Positions 10,561 through 21,219 of a DNA stretch of 64,000 bases are shown here, piece after piece. The stretch lies in NCBI GenBank assembly GCA_963801165.1, contig CAWDDT010000011.1, positions 320,001 to 384,000 of the forward strand, given 5' to 3'. The notes below the pieces were generated by a model. It was not told the DNA's origin, made no database searches, and was given only the letters and a program-made list of their open reading frames with translations. A program made the translations under genes and the position numbers. Source of the DNA: an uncultured bacterium. GTDB taxonomy: Bacteria > Actinomycetota > Acidimicrobiia > Spongiisociales > UBA5794. The first letter of the stretch is position 1, and every line of letters starts with the position of its first letter.

Positions 10561-13500
10561 CTAAGCAACAGGCTCGGCATTCAGCATGTCGTGGACCATA
10601 TCGAAGGCTTCTTCGAGGGTGAGGCCCGTCAGGTTCGCCACCGCCAAGACGATCAAGCAGATCGGCCCAACGCTGAGCCTCTCCGATCTCCTCCCAATGC
10701 TGGAAGCTCGCCTGTGCCATCAAGCCAGGCGCTTCTCGGGCAATCTGACGTGCGTCGTCCACCCGGCCCGTCGCCTCGAACGCCAGCGCAATCGGAAGCA
10801 ACACCTCGAAGAAAGGTGACTCGTGCCACGCCACGAGGTCCAAAGCATCAGCCAGATGGCGATGTCCATCGGCGTCGACTGCGGCAAGCAGGTCTCCGGT
10901 CCACTCCCGGCTCAGAACCAGCACGTCGCGATGCTCATCCGCATAGGAAGCCACACGAACCTGCAGAGGTGCCCTGGCCTCCCCACCGGTCTTCTCTCTG
11001 GCCTGGTGACTGCATTCAAGCGCATCCCTGAGCAGCACCTGATCGTCGAGCCCGATGGCTTCAAAGGCGACGAAGTCCCAGCAGTGCTGTTCCGAATCAA
11101 AGCGGTAGCTGGCACGGTGAAGTAGGGCTGCATCGAGGTACAACCGCACCGCGTCCGCGGAGTTGCCCGTGAGCCGCTTCGTCTCACCCCTGACCTCGAG
11201 CGCGTCGGGATCCCCCAGACCCATGGTCGCCAATGACCATGCCTCGCGCTCTGCCGCCGTCTCCAGTGCCTCGTCAAAACGACCCAGGTCCAACAAGAAG
11301 ATCGCCCGGTTCCAGAGGTATCTGTTCGCACCGGCGACCCCCGCCGCCCGCAGCTGCTCGATCGCTTCATCCAGCAGCTGCAAAGCCGAGGTATCGATCC
11401 CGTCGCGCACTGCGTCCACGACCGCCCGTCGCTGCAGAACTTCTCCTCGAGCCGCCGGGTCGTCCAATGCTTTTGTGATGGCGCCGGCTCTCTCCAATAG
11501 TTCCAAGGCATCGTCGGAGCGCTCGCCCCACAACATCCAAGCAGTATGGGCCAATGCGGTTGCGAGATGGCCGGTTGGTTGTGCTGCCGGGTGGCGCACC
11601 AGTTTCACCGCGCCATCGACAAACGCGGAGACAGCACCTTCGTTCGCAACCCTGAAACCGATTGACGCAACAATCTCGACACCGACGTCCGGTTGATCGT
11701 GGTTGAGAGCCCAGTCGATAGCAGAAAGAACGTCGGAGTGGCGATCGTGAATCCACGCCGCTGCCGACAGCGCTCTGTGCGACCAGATCTCCGCACCGAC
11801 GCGTTGCGACTCAACGGCGATCCACCGAGCCAGACGCTCGCCGACGCCGTCCAGCTCTTCGCCGGCCTCGAGCAGGTACTCGGCATATTGACGGACGGGT
11901 TCCAGCATCCGGTGTCGGCCCGACTCGTCCGTGGGTTGCACCAATGAAACGTCCACCAGACGAGCAAGAACGTCCTCGGCATGAGGGTCCTCCAGCACCG
12001 CCTCAGCGTCACGGAGCTCACACCCCCTGGGAAACACCGACAACCAGCGCAGCGCTCGCTGTTCGGCGTCCTCGAGAAGGTCGTAGCTCCAGCCCAAAGC
12101 CGTAGCGATCGAATCATGCCGCTCGCCTGAGATGCGGGATTTTCTCAACAGGGGGACGAGGTCATCGAGACGCTGCACCAGTCGGTCCAAAGGGATGGAG
12201 CGAGCCCTCGAGGCTGCGAGCTCGATAGCCAACGGCATCCCGTCGAGAGCGGCACACAACTCTTCGACCTTGCCGGAGGCCTCATCATCAAGGTTGGCAA
12301 GGTCGGCGCGATCAGCGAACAACTCAGCCGCAGTAGCAAGGTCCAGGCCACCAACCCGGATGATTGCCTCCCCGGCCAGGCCGAGTGGTTCTCGCGAGGT
12401 CGCAAGAATCCGGGTCTGTGGGCTCGAGGACAGCAGACGGTCGGCGAGCCTGGCGGCGAATTCGAGGTGGGCTTCGCACCCATCCAGGATCAGGAGGTGG
12501 GTGTGGGCTATGAGGAAGCCAACGACGACATCGGATGGGTCAACTCCGGGTGCCGGGGCCAGGCCCAGCGACCTGACCAGTGCGTCGACGATCTCGCCAT
12601 CACCGAGCGTGTCCACCACTACCCGGGTCACCGGATCCCCCCGGTGAACCTCGGCACCACGAGCAGCCTCCACCACCAGGCTCGACTTCCCGATCCCACC
12701 GGGACCGACCACCGTCACCAGACGGTCGGCAGCTATGCGTGCGGAGACTGCAGCGATCTCTTCGGCACGACCGACAAAGCTCGAGTACCGGATCGGTAGT
12801 GAACCGACGGTTGCCACCGAGGGAGTCGCCGCTAGCGGCGAGAGCGAGGGATCTTGCTGGAGAATCCTCAGCTCCAACTCCTGCAATTCCGGCGACGGAT
12901 CCAGTCCCAGATCGTCGGCGAGCTGGTCACGGAACACCTTGTAGCTGGTCAAAGCGTCTGCCTGACGCCCCGCTGCATACAGGGCTCGCATGTGCAGGGC
13001 CCTGATCCGCTCCCGCTGCGGATACTCAGACACCCGGCGATCAAGCTCGCCGACATCGCCGCCACCAGCATCAATCTCGACCCCGATTGCGGCCTCAATG
13101 GCCCCCAACTTCAGCTCGGTCAGCCGGGAAACCTCAGGACCCAGCACCTGATGTCCATCCACGCCCTGGAAAGGCTCACCGTGCCAAAGCTCGAGCGTGT
13201 CTCGAATGGTGGCGGCGGCCTCCACCGGCTCGGTGTCGAACTGCTGGTGAGCGACACGTACACGATCAACAAAGTCGACCGCATCTACCTGACCCCGATC
13301 GAGACGAGCCACATAACCGCTGCCATCTCTAACGATCACCTCCCCCAGAAGCCTGCGGAGATTGGAAACATAAGTCGAGATCGATCGCAAAGCCCCGTCG
13401 GGCACGTCATCACCCCAGACCGCCTCGATCAGCCGGTCGACCGACACCGTCTTACCAGGATCGACGGCCAGCACCGCCAAAACCGTCCGCTGCTTAGGGC

Positions 13501-13567
13501 CACCCAACGACAACCGGACCCCATCAGCCACCGCTTCAACCGGCCCCAACAACTGGATACGCAACAT
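10561..13567 (-). CDS. AfsR-like SARP-BTAD / NB-ARC ATPase / TPR regulator; probable frameshift near 10630
   Basis: IQLLGPVE..GGPKQRTVL, MRALYAAGRQADAL, LVTVVGPGGIGKS, ILATSREPL, LDGMPLAIELAA, helical repeats. A +1 shift gives the family-like ending LTLEEAFDMVHDMLNAEPVA* at 10561 instead of a long overlap with the convergent gene. Confidence 0.85.
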
Positions 13568-13679
13568 CCCGCAAACCTACCCGCCAGAAACTGCAAGTGC
13601 CCGAGTCGACGCTGCAACTGGTCGAAACCGTTTGGAGGACGGGCGGTCCTGACTCACAGCCGGGAGAGAACCGGGCTCC

Positions 13680-13696
13680 TTGACAATCCGTTGACA
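13680..13696 (+). promoter_or_regulatory. TTGACA-N5-TTGACA direct repeat, putative SARP binding site
   Basis: TTGACA at 13680 and 13691 in the divergent intergenic region. Confidence 0.55.
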
Positions 13697-13840
13697 GCTG
13701 TGGCCGATGGTTTTGCAACGACGCGTCGCTCACAAATACGGCGCAGCAGAACAAGAGGTAGGCGAACAACCGACAGACGTCGCCAGCGTGCGCACTCGCT
13801 CTGACAATGCCTCGTCAGCCTGCCGGGAAGGGAGACATCG

Positions 13841-14449
13841 ATGAATTCCATTCGAGTACCCCATAGGAAGGTCCGTCTTTCAATCGGCGTGGTGATCCTG
13901 CTGCTGGTCGCCTTGATGCCTGCCGTGGCATCGGCTGGACTGCATGACCAAGCGAACGAGGTCCTCTCGGGCGCGACCCATGACGCTGGCCACGGCTCCA
14001 TCTGGTCGGCGCTGGCCAGAGTACGCCGTGCCACCGAGCGGTTCCATGATGTCGACGCTGCGATCGAGGCCGGCTACGAGCCTGGCTACGTCAACGGTGA
14101 CGGCATCCGGATCATCGCCGGATGCATCGCAGACCCGGTCGCCGGCGCCATGGGGTATCACTACTTCAACAAGCAACTCATAGACGACCTCGAGGTCGAC
14201 CCGTTGAAGCCGGAAGGCCTGCTGTACGAACAAAGGCCCAACGGGGAACTGAAGCTAGTCGCCGTGGAGTGGGTCGTGCCGGGCGCCGGCGCCAATCCCC
14301 CCGGTGTCTCGGAGGCACCGAGCGTGCTCGGGATGGAAATGCACATACTGGTCCCGGCCGTCGGGTGGTACATCCAGCACGCATGGATCTACAAACACAA
14401 CCCTTCGGGCGTGTTTTCCGACTGGAACCCGCTGGTCCATTGTCCGTGA
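13841..14449 (+). CDS. Secreted hypothetical protein (His/Cys-motif family)
   Basis: Signal peptide (..VALMPAVASA), RBS GGGAG; motifs ATERFHDVDAAIEAGY, GAMGYHY, PEGLLYE, LVAVEW, HAW..NPSGVF..WNP..C. Confidence 0.8.
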   Translation: MNSIRVPHRKVRLSIGVVILLLVALMPAVASAGLHDQANEVLSGATHDAGHGSIWSALARVRRATERFHDVDAAIEAGYEPGYVNGDGIRIIAGCIADPVAGAMGYHYFNKQLIDDLEVDPLKPEGLLYEQRPNGELKLVAVEWVVPGAGANPPGVSEAPSVLGMEMHILVPAVGWYIQHAWIYKHNPSGVFSDWNPLVHCP

Positions 14450-14487
14450 GCCACGAGGTGGCTACCCGAGCCGCAACTTGACACGGG

Positions 14488-14519
14488 AGGGGGCGAGCCC
14501 ATGTGGGCTCGCCCCCTTT
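14488..14519 (+). terminator. Rho-independent terminator
   Basis: 13-bp stem AGGGGGCGAGCCC-atgt-GGGCTCGCCCCCT plus short T run. Confidence 0.75.
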
Positions 14520-14680
14520 CTGCGTGCACCTGAGAAGATCGTCGGGCTGTTGAACTGTCCGGCGGATCAGCGCCAGACACCGTGTCGATGGACGAGGGAA
14601 GGAGCTTGCGTTCCAAGAACCACGCTTATCTCGGTATCCGCCCTATCCCCGCAATCAGTCGCGAGCCGAACAGGGTGCGC

Positions 14681-17600
14681 TCACGCGTCCCCACGTAAGG
14701 GGCAGGTGTCCAGGTGGAGGAACGTCTGGCACTCCGTATCCGAAAGCGACCGAGTAACCCGCTCCCTCGCGATCTCGACCAGTTGGTCCGTGTCGAGGGT
14801 ATAGGTGAGCAGAATGCCGCCTTCGCCCAGCAGCGTCACGTAGGGGTCATCGGGATGAAAAAAGATATAGGGAATCCCGGCTACGAGGTTCGGGTCAAGC
14901 GAAGCCACCGGAGATCCGTCGCTGGCATCCCAAACGGTAACCGGCTCGTTTGAGCGAGAGGTCGTGGCGACGAAGCGGCCATCCGGGCTGGCAACGTGAC
15001 CTGGTTCCACCACGAGTCCTGAGGTCGCGAAAGCGCTCCAGATTGCCGCCTCAGGCAGGCTCTTACCCGCCTTGAGATCATCGAGTCTTGCCTGCCAGAG
15101 CGTGCCGTCGACGTCGACGATAGATATCGTCTGCCCGTCGGGCATCACCCGCACCGACACCCAGTCGTCGCCCTCCAGAACCAGGTGCCCGTCGTCTGCG
15201 GAAAAGATCGGGCCACCCCAGTCGAACACAAGGCGACCGTCGTAGGAGTAGAAGGGAAGCTGAATGTATTCGGTATCAAGCTCGGCAATGACTTCGCTCG
15301 TGGCCATGTTCACGATCTGGTACGGGCCGAACGCTTGTTTCCCGTCATCGGCCCGAGGATTAATCACTACGTCTCGATCCGTCCGGTGAGACCGTCCGAA
15401 CCACAAAGCCCTCCGGCGGTTCGTACAGCACGCTGCCGGTGGCTAGATCACGCACGCTCGACGATCCGTCGGTCGTGTTGGCAACCACCACCGGTCCTTG
15501 AACCCAGGTCTGGATACTGTTGAAGACAGACACAACCGGGTTCTCTACCTGCCAAATCGTCTTGCCGGTAGCCGCCGCGACGATGCGAGCGGAGGGAGGA
15601 GTCTCCGTTGTCGCTGATGAATACTCCGTCCGGAAAAGGTGCATATACCACAAAATGCGCTTCTCTGCTCCAGAATCGAATCGTGAGATCTCCGCAACAG
15701 GTCCGGCCTGTGTATTCCAGACAACAGAAGTATCGTCCCGTTTTCCTGAGGAGACCAGAGTTCCGAACCCGGGACCGAAGCCAAGGACCAGACTGGCCCA
15801 ACGTGGCCACCATTCAGCACCTCGAGGATCCCGCCAGCATCTGCACCAAGGAGCGTTATCCGCCCTCCGTCGCTGCCAACGGCGAGGCGACCGCTCGGCA
15901 ACCACTCGACCCCGGCGGGTCGATCGACCGTCGCTCGCCAGATCTCCTTGCCCGAGTCAGTCTCATAAGCTCTAACGGTGTTGTCCTCGTGAAAGGCGAC
16001 AACGAGGTTGTTGCCGTCGGGCGAGGAGCCATAGCTCCATGGCACATACGGCAAAACGAGCGTATTCACCTCTGCCCCATCACCCATATCGAAGAAGTGA
16101 AGGGCGCGGCCGTCATGATCTGTCAACACAAGTTCGTTCGTACCTGCGACAAATACCGGAGCACCTTCGAGGGGAACTATACGCTCGAGCTCGCCGGCGC
16201 CGGCCGACCAGACGTGGACACCGTCGGCCAGAGTCGCGGCTACGAGGTCACCCGAGTCGTCCCACGCCTCGAGCGGCTCTAAGCCGGAATTGGACACCGC
16301 CGGACCGTCTAGGTGCAGGTTTGTTCCGCCATCCAAATCCATGATCCACAAGGGCGTGTCGCTGACTATCCCAGACGATACCGAGCTGTCGGCCAACGGG
16401 TGAGAATTCGGCGGCGATCGAATAGCCGTCCGGTCGCTCGAATACGTCAACAATCTCCCCGGAATCGACCTCCCGAACGATGACACCGCCGTCGGGGCTA
16501 CCGCTAGCTAGCAGGACACCATCAGCGCTCACGGTCACGAACCCGCCCCCCTCGAAACGATCAACGACACGATCAGCGGCCACCGCCCTGTGCAGTGCCG
16601 TCGTCATGTCGACGAGATCGATCCCTGCTCCCCGGCCAAGCTCTACCGCCTCGAGCGCCAGCAGCACACTCCGTTCGGGGTCGACCTCAAGTTGAGTAAT
16701 AGACCGCGCAGCCAGTTCTCGTGCAGATCCGGCGTCCTGCGCCCTCTCGGCGCGGTTGCGCTGCAACGTCGCCACCACACCGAATAGGCTGGCGAAGACC
16801 GCGGCAGCTGCAAACCCAGCGAGCACCCGCCGACGGCCCTTCCGTCGTTTGTTCCGCTCGGTTTCCCTCCATGCTGCACTCCCCCTGAGGAGGTCACGTT
16901 CCGCTGATCCGAGCGACAGATCGGTCGTATCCGCCCAGTCATTCAGCTGGGCAAACCGGCTCCCGGTCAGCAGCAGGGAATCGTGCCTGCCCGACTCCTC
17001 CCAATCGTCCGTTGCCTCGAGCAACCGACGACGTGCCCGCAGGTCGCTGCGACGTTCCTCGATCCAGTCGACCAGCCGCTCCCATTCGGAGAAGATGGCC
17101 TCATGCGCCACCTCCAAAGTGGGACCGCGGGTTATCGGGTCTCGGTCTGATGTGAAAAGGCGGTGGGAGCGAAAGGCAGCAGAGACGGCGTCAACATCGA
17201 CCGGCTCCAGCCCTAGGCGATGGAGCTCAGCGACTCGCACACGGCGCTTGGTCACCCTCCCGGCGTCCGGGAGCGTAAGAAGACGGAGAAACACCTGCCG
17301 GGCCGATTCGCGCGATGCATCGTCGAGTGCCTGGTACGTCGATTCAGCCCGTCGGCCGAGGGCACCACGCACTCCACCCGACTCCTCGTAGGCGGCAACC
17401 TCAACAGCGTCTGATTTTCGGTCCCCAAACAGCTCGCTCAGCGAAAACTCGAGCAAGGGAAGCGCTCCGACCTGATCTTTCACATCGGCGACCATGCGCT
17501 CGACAAGACCCTCCTCAAAGTGCACTCCGACCGCCTTGGCAGGGACAGCGATGATCTCCCGCAAGTTCTCCTCGGTTGGAGCAGCGATCGGCACTGTCGA

Positions 17601-20147
17601 CTGCCGCAGCAGATCGCCAAACGCGCCGAACCGGAGCGGCATGTCGAAGAAGTCGGCGCGCATCGTCAACACGACCCGCACGGCGGACCTCTCATCCGTC
17701 GCCGCTGCAAGCAACTGGTCGAGAAAGGTGGCTCGAGCTTGCTCGTCGTCGACCAGAGTGAACAACTCCTCAAACTGATCAATAAACAGCAACAAGCTCT
17801 CGTTTCCCGGCAGATAACGTTTGGCAGCGCGTACCAGACCGCGTTCACTCCCCAGTAGCTCGTCTTCGAGACCCGATGCAGGCGTGGCTGACACTCGGAG
17901 CAACGCGGTCGCAAGTTCCTCAAACGGGTACATGCTCGGAACCATGTCGCTGATCAGCCAGTTCTCGGAGCCGGGAAGGGCACCGGCGCGTAGCGCCGGT
18001 ATGAGCCCCGCCCGCACCACCGAGGACTTGCCGATACCGGAAGGCCCGACGACAGCAACGAGGTTCTGTCGACCTACCGCGTCCAGCAATTGGCGAATCT
18101 CGTCGTCGCGTCCGTAGAAGTCCGTCGCATCGGCTTCGCCGAACGCACTCAGACCCTTGTATGGATTGCGGGTTGGGGTGAACCCGATTGCTGCCCGGAC
18201 CAGCCCACCGGCCCCGCTCACGTTGGCCCACGACTCCAAGAGGGCGACCAAATCGACGAAGCCATCGGCTCTCACCTCAACGAGAAACTCCTCGATCTCC
18301 GAAGCCACCTCTGCTCCCGCCAGGCACTGTTCGATCAACGACCCGAGGGCACACAGATCAGCATTCGCCGCTCTCGGATCGTGATACAACACGTCAATAG
18401 CTATCCCGAAATCGGCGAGATACGCGTTGCCATCGTCGTCGAACAAGACGTTCGACGGCTTCAAATCACGGTGCACCACACCGTTGCGATGCGCGTGGTC
18501 AAGGGCCGGTACGATCTGGGCGAGAATCGCATTGATTTCGAAGAGCTCGAGCGGCCCCCGCTCCAGCCGTTCCGAGAGGCTGCCGCCGCGCAGCCATCGC
18601 ATGACCAGGAAAGCGCCGTCGGCCTCCCTCCAGTAGTCATGAAGGGGCACGATGTGAGGATGCTCCAGACGGGCAACCAACTGTGCCTCAACCTCAAACC
18701 GGCGAATGAAGTCCGGATGATTGGCGAATTCCGGACGGATGACCTTGACCGCTACCTCTCTCCCAACCGAAGGCTGGTAGGCGCGGTGCACTACGCCGAA
18801 TACACCCGATCCAATTTCTTCTCGGAGTTCGTAACCCGGTAGACCTTTGGCTACACCAGGCAACGACGGAGGGAGCGCCGTCATTTGCAGCGGGGGAAAC
18901 TCGGTGGGCAGCCCACCGACCACCAGCTGCTGAACCGCCATCGGCTCGTCCATCCCGGCGAAGCTATGCGTCCCAAGTGACCGGATCAGCCACCCGGCCG
19001 TGCCGGCTTCCGCTAGACCTTGATGAGCTTCGGACGTCAGCAGTATCTGGCCGCCGTGGGCGGCGCCGACAAGCGCAGCACCCCGATTCACCGGCGGACC
19101 CACGATGTCCGACCCGGGCTGCGCTTCAACATCTCCGGCGGCAATCGCCATTCGCATCGGAGCGCGTTGAGTAACCAGCACAGTCTGTGCGGCGGCGGCA
19201 GCACTGCTCGCCTGCTGAACATCGTCGAATACTGCGTACATGGCGGAACCACGATGAGCAAAGACGACACCACCATGCGCAGCAACCGCTCCGGAGAAGG
19301 CAACGGTCTGGTGTTCGATCAAAACACCACGATCGGCCGGAGACATTGTCGTCAACGAGGCAGGCTCGGCGACGTCTGCCACGAGAATCGCTGCCCTACG
19401 GATGGAGGAGCGAGGTTCGAGGTTCAAATCGGGGTCTTGCCCCAATATCCGTTGCTCCAGGTCACGCAACTCCGCCGATGGATCTAGCCCCGTCTGATCG
19501 ATGAGGGTCGACCGTGCCTTCGCATAGGAACGCATCGCTTCTGCTTGTCTCCCCGACCGGTAAAGAGCGAGCATTTGTTGGGCCCAGAAATGTTCGCGGA
19601 GGGGATACTCGACGGTGAGCGCATCGAGCTCTGCCACTAGAGCTGCGTGGTGCCCCGATTCTAGGTCGGCATCGATCCGCAGCTCCGTGGCCGCAACCCG
19701 TAGTTCGTTTAGCCGCGTGGCTTCGGCCGCGAGAGCGGTGCGATCTTCAATGTCCGCGTACGGATGACCACGCCATAGAGACAGAACGGCTCGAAGTCGT
19801 TCTGCAACGGTGGTCGGACTATCGAGCGACCGAACCGCCCCTAGCTCATCCTCAAAACGGCAGGCGTCTACCGAGGCCCTCTCGGCGAGGAGTATGTAGC
19901 CCTCACCGCGCCTTTCGATGATGTCGCCAAGCTCCGATCGAAGGTTTGACACAAACGTGTGGATCGAGCGATGGGCGCGATCGGAAGCCTCGTCTCCGTA
20001 CAGACTATCGATGAGGGTGTCGACCGACACCGGTTTCCCCACCTGAGCGATCAGCAATGCAAGCACTGCTCGCTGTTTCGGACCCCCCAATGTGTACCGG
20101 TGGTCGCCCTCGACCACTTCAAGTGGGCCGAGAACACCGAATTGCAT
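14681..20147 (-). CDS. SARP - cyclase-like - Ser/Thr kinase - nSTAND1 - TM - WD40 protein, paralogue of 4963-10501; three frameshifts (about 16362, 15765, 15380)
   Basis: MQFGVLGPLEV start 6 nt after TACCGT; BTAD; HRDLKPSN..DFG; RNPYKGL; GPSGIGKSS; FIDQFEELF. WD40 region continues across ORFs 15545-16486, 15360-15905 and 14681-15406 to VTRSLSDTECQTFLHLDTCP. Confidence 0.85.
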
Positions 20148-20219
20148 GGGTCCACGGTACCCGAGGACTGCCGCACCTGGTTGTGTCGTCTGCGTCACAG
20201 GTACAGACAACCCGAGGCC

Positions 20220-20323
20220 TGTCAACAAGCTGTCAAGAACCCGGAACGAGCACCTCGGAACCAACAACGGCCGTCTTTCCGGATTTCTTGACGACTTCTT
20301 GACACTCTTGACATCGCCTTGAC
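20220..20323. promoter_or_regulatory. Clusters of TTGAC direct repeats in the divergent promoter region
   Basis: TGTCAA at 20220 and 20231 (minus-strand TTGACA, 11-bp period); CTTGAC at 20287, 20298, 20307, 20318 (spacings 11, 9, 11). Confidence 0.6.
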
Positions 20324-20367
20324 CCGCTGCCCGCGAGTGCTTGTGAGGGGTCGCGGAAGTTGTAGCC

Positions 20368-21123
20368 ATGAGCTACAAACGCACCGCACTCGCCATCGCA
20401 ACACTCGCCATCACGCTCTTGTCGGTAACCCCGGGCACACAACCGGTGGATGCCACCTCATCGGGGTACGCAGTGGTTCTGCAGGAGCAGGCTCGGCTGG
20501 CTTCACACCAACCGAGCCTGCCCACCCCCGCGCCCGCCCCGGAGCCAACAACAACCATCGGCACCGCAACCATCTACGCCAAGACCGACGGACTCGTCGA
20601 CACGGCCCGCTGGGCACTCGAGCAGTTCGTCGAGGCCGGCATACCCCTCCCCCCGGTCACCCTGTACCTGTCCGACGACCGGACCGACTGCAGCGACGAC
20701 CCCGACAAGATCGTCAACGGCTACTACACCCAGGTCAACGGCGAGAACATCGTCCACGACTGCGGCAGCCGCTCCGTCCTGGTACACGAGCTCGGCCACG
20801 TCTGGGACAAGAACTACCTCGACGACGCCACCCGGCAACGCTTCCTCGACTTCGAGGGTCTCGAGACGTGGAACAGCGACGTCTGGGATCAGGCCGGCGG
20901 CGAACATCTCGCCTCAGTCATCTCCTGGGCGCTCGACGGCACCCATCCCAGCCGGATCGGCTACTACACCGATGACCACCTCGCCGGGGCGTACGAGCTC
21001 GTCTTCGGAGCAACGCCGCCGATCATGGAGAAGCCCGTTTTCGAGCCGGTGGCTCTCGAACGTCACCCCGACGATGCAGCAGTCAGCGCTCCGCCCGCAG
21101 CAGCCTCACAGGACCCGAGTTGA
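20368..21123 (+). CDS. Secreted zincin-like metallopeptidase
   Basis: Signal peptide, Pro/Thr linker, NGYY, VLVHELGHVWD (HExxH) and downstream EHLA. Confidence 0.7.
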   Translation: MSYKRTALAIATLAITLLSVTPGTQPVDATSSGYAVVLQEQARLASHQPSLPTPAPAPEPTTTIGTATIYAKTDGLVDTARWALEQFVEAGIPLPPVTLYLSDDRTDCSDDPDKIVNGYYTQVNGENIVHDCGSRSVLVHELGHVWDKNYLDDATRQRFLDFEGLETWNSDVWDQAGGEHLASVISWALDGTHPSRIGYYTDDHLAGAYELVFGATPPIMEKPVFEPVALERHPDDAAVSAPPAAASQDPS

Positions 21124-21219
21124 TCACCCGCACCGAATTGGCCGCGGTGGGCATCCGCCGTTGGTGTGGTGACGATCGGCCCTACGGGTCCGCCGGTTGA
21201 TGCTGTATCACAGTTCACG

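Noticed and set aside
4963-20147. Calling the STAND genes an Avs-type anti-phage system
   Set aside because: The N-terminal effectors are transcriptional activator domains rather than nuclease, SIR2 or TIR domains, and no defence-island context is visible; an immune role is possible but unsupported
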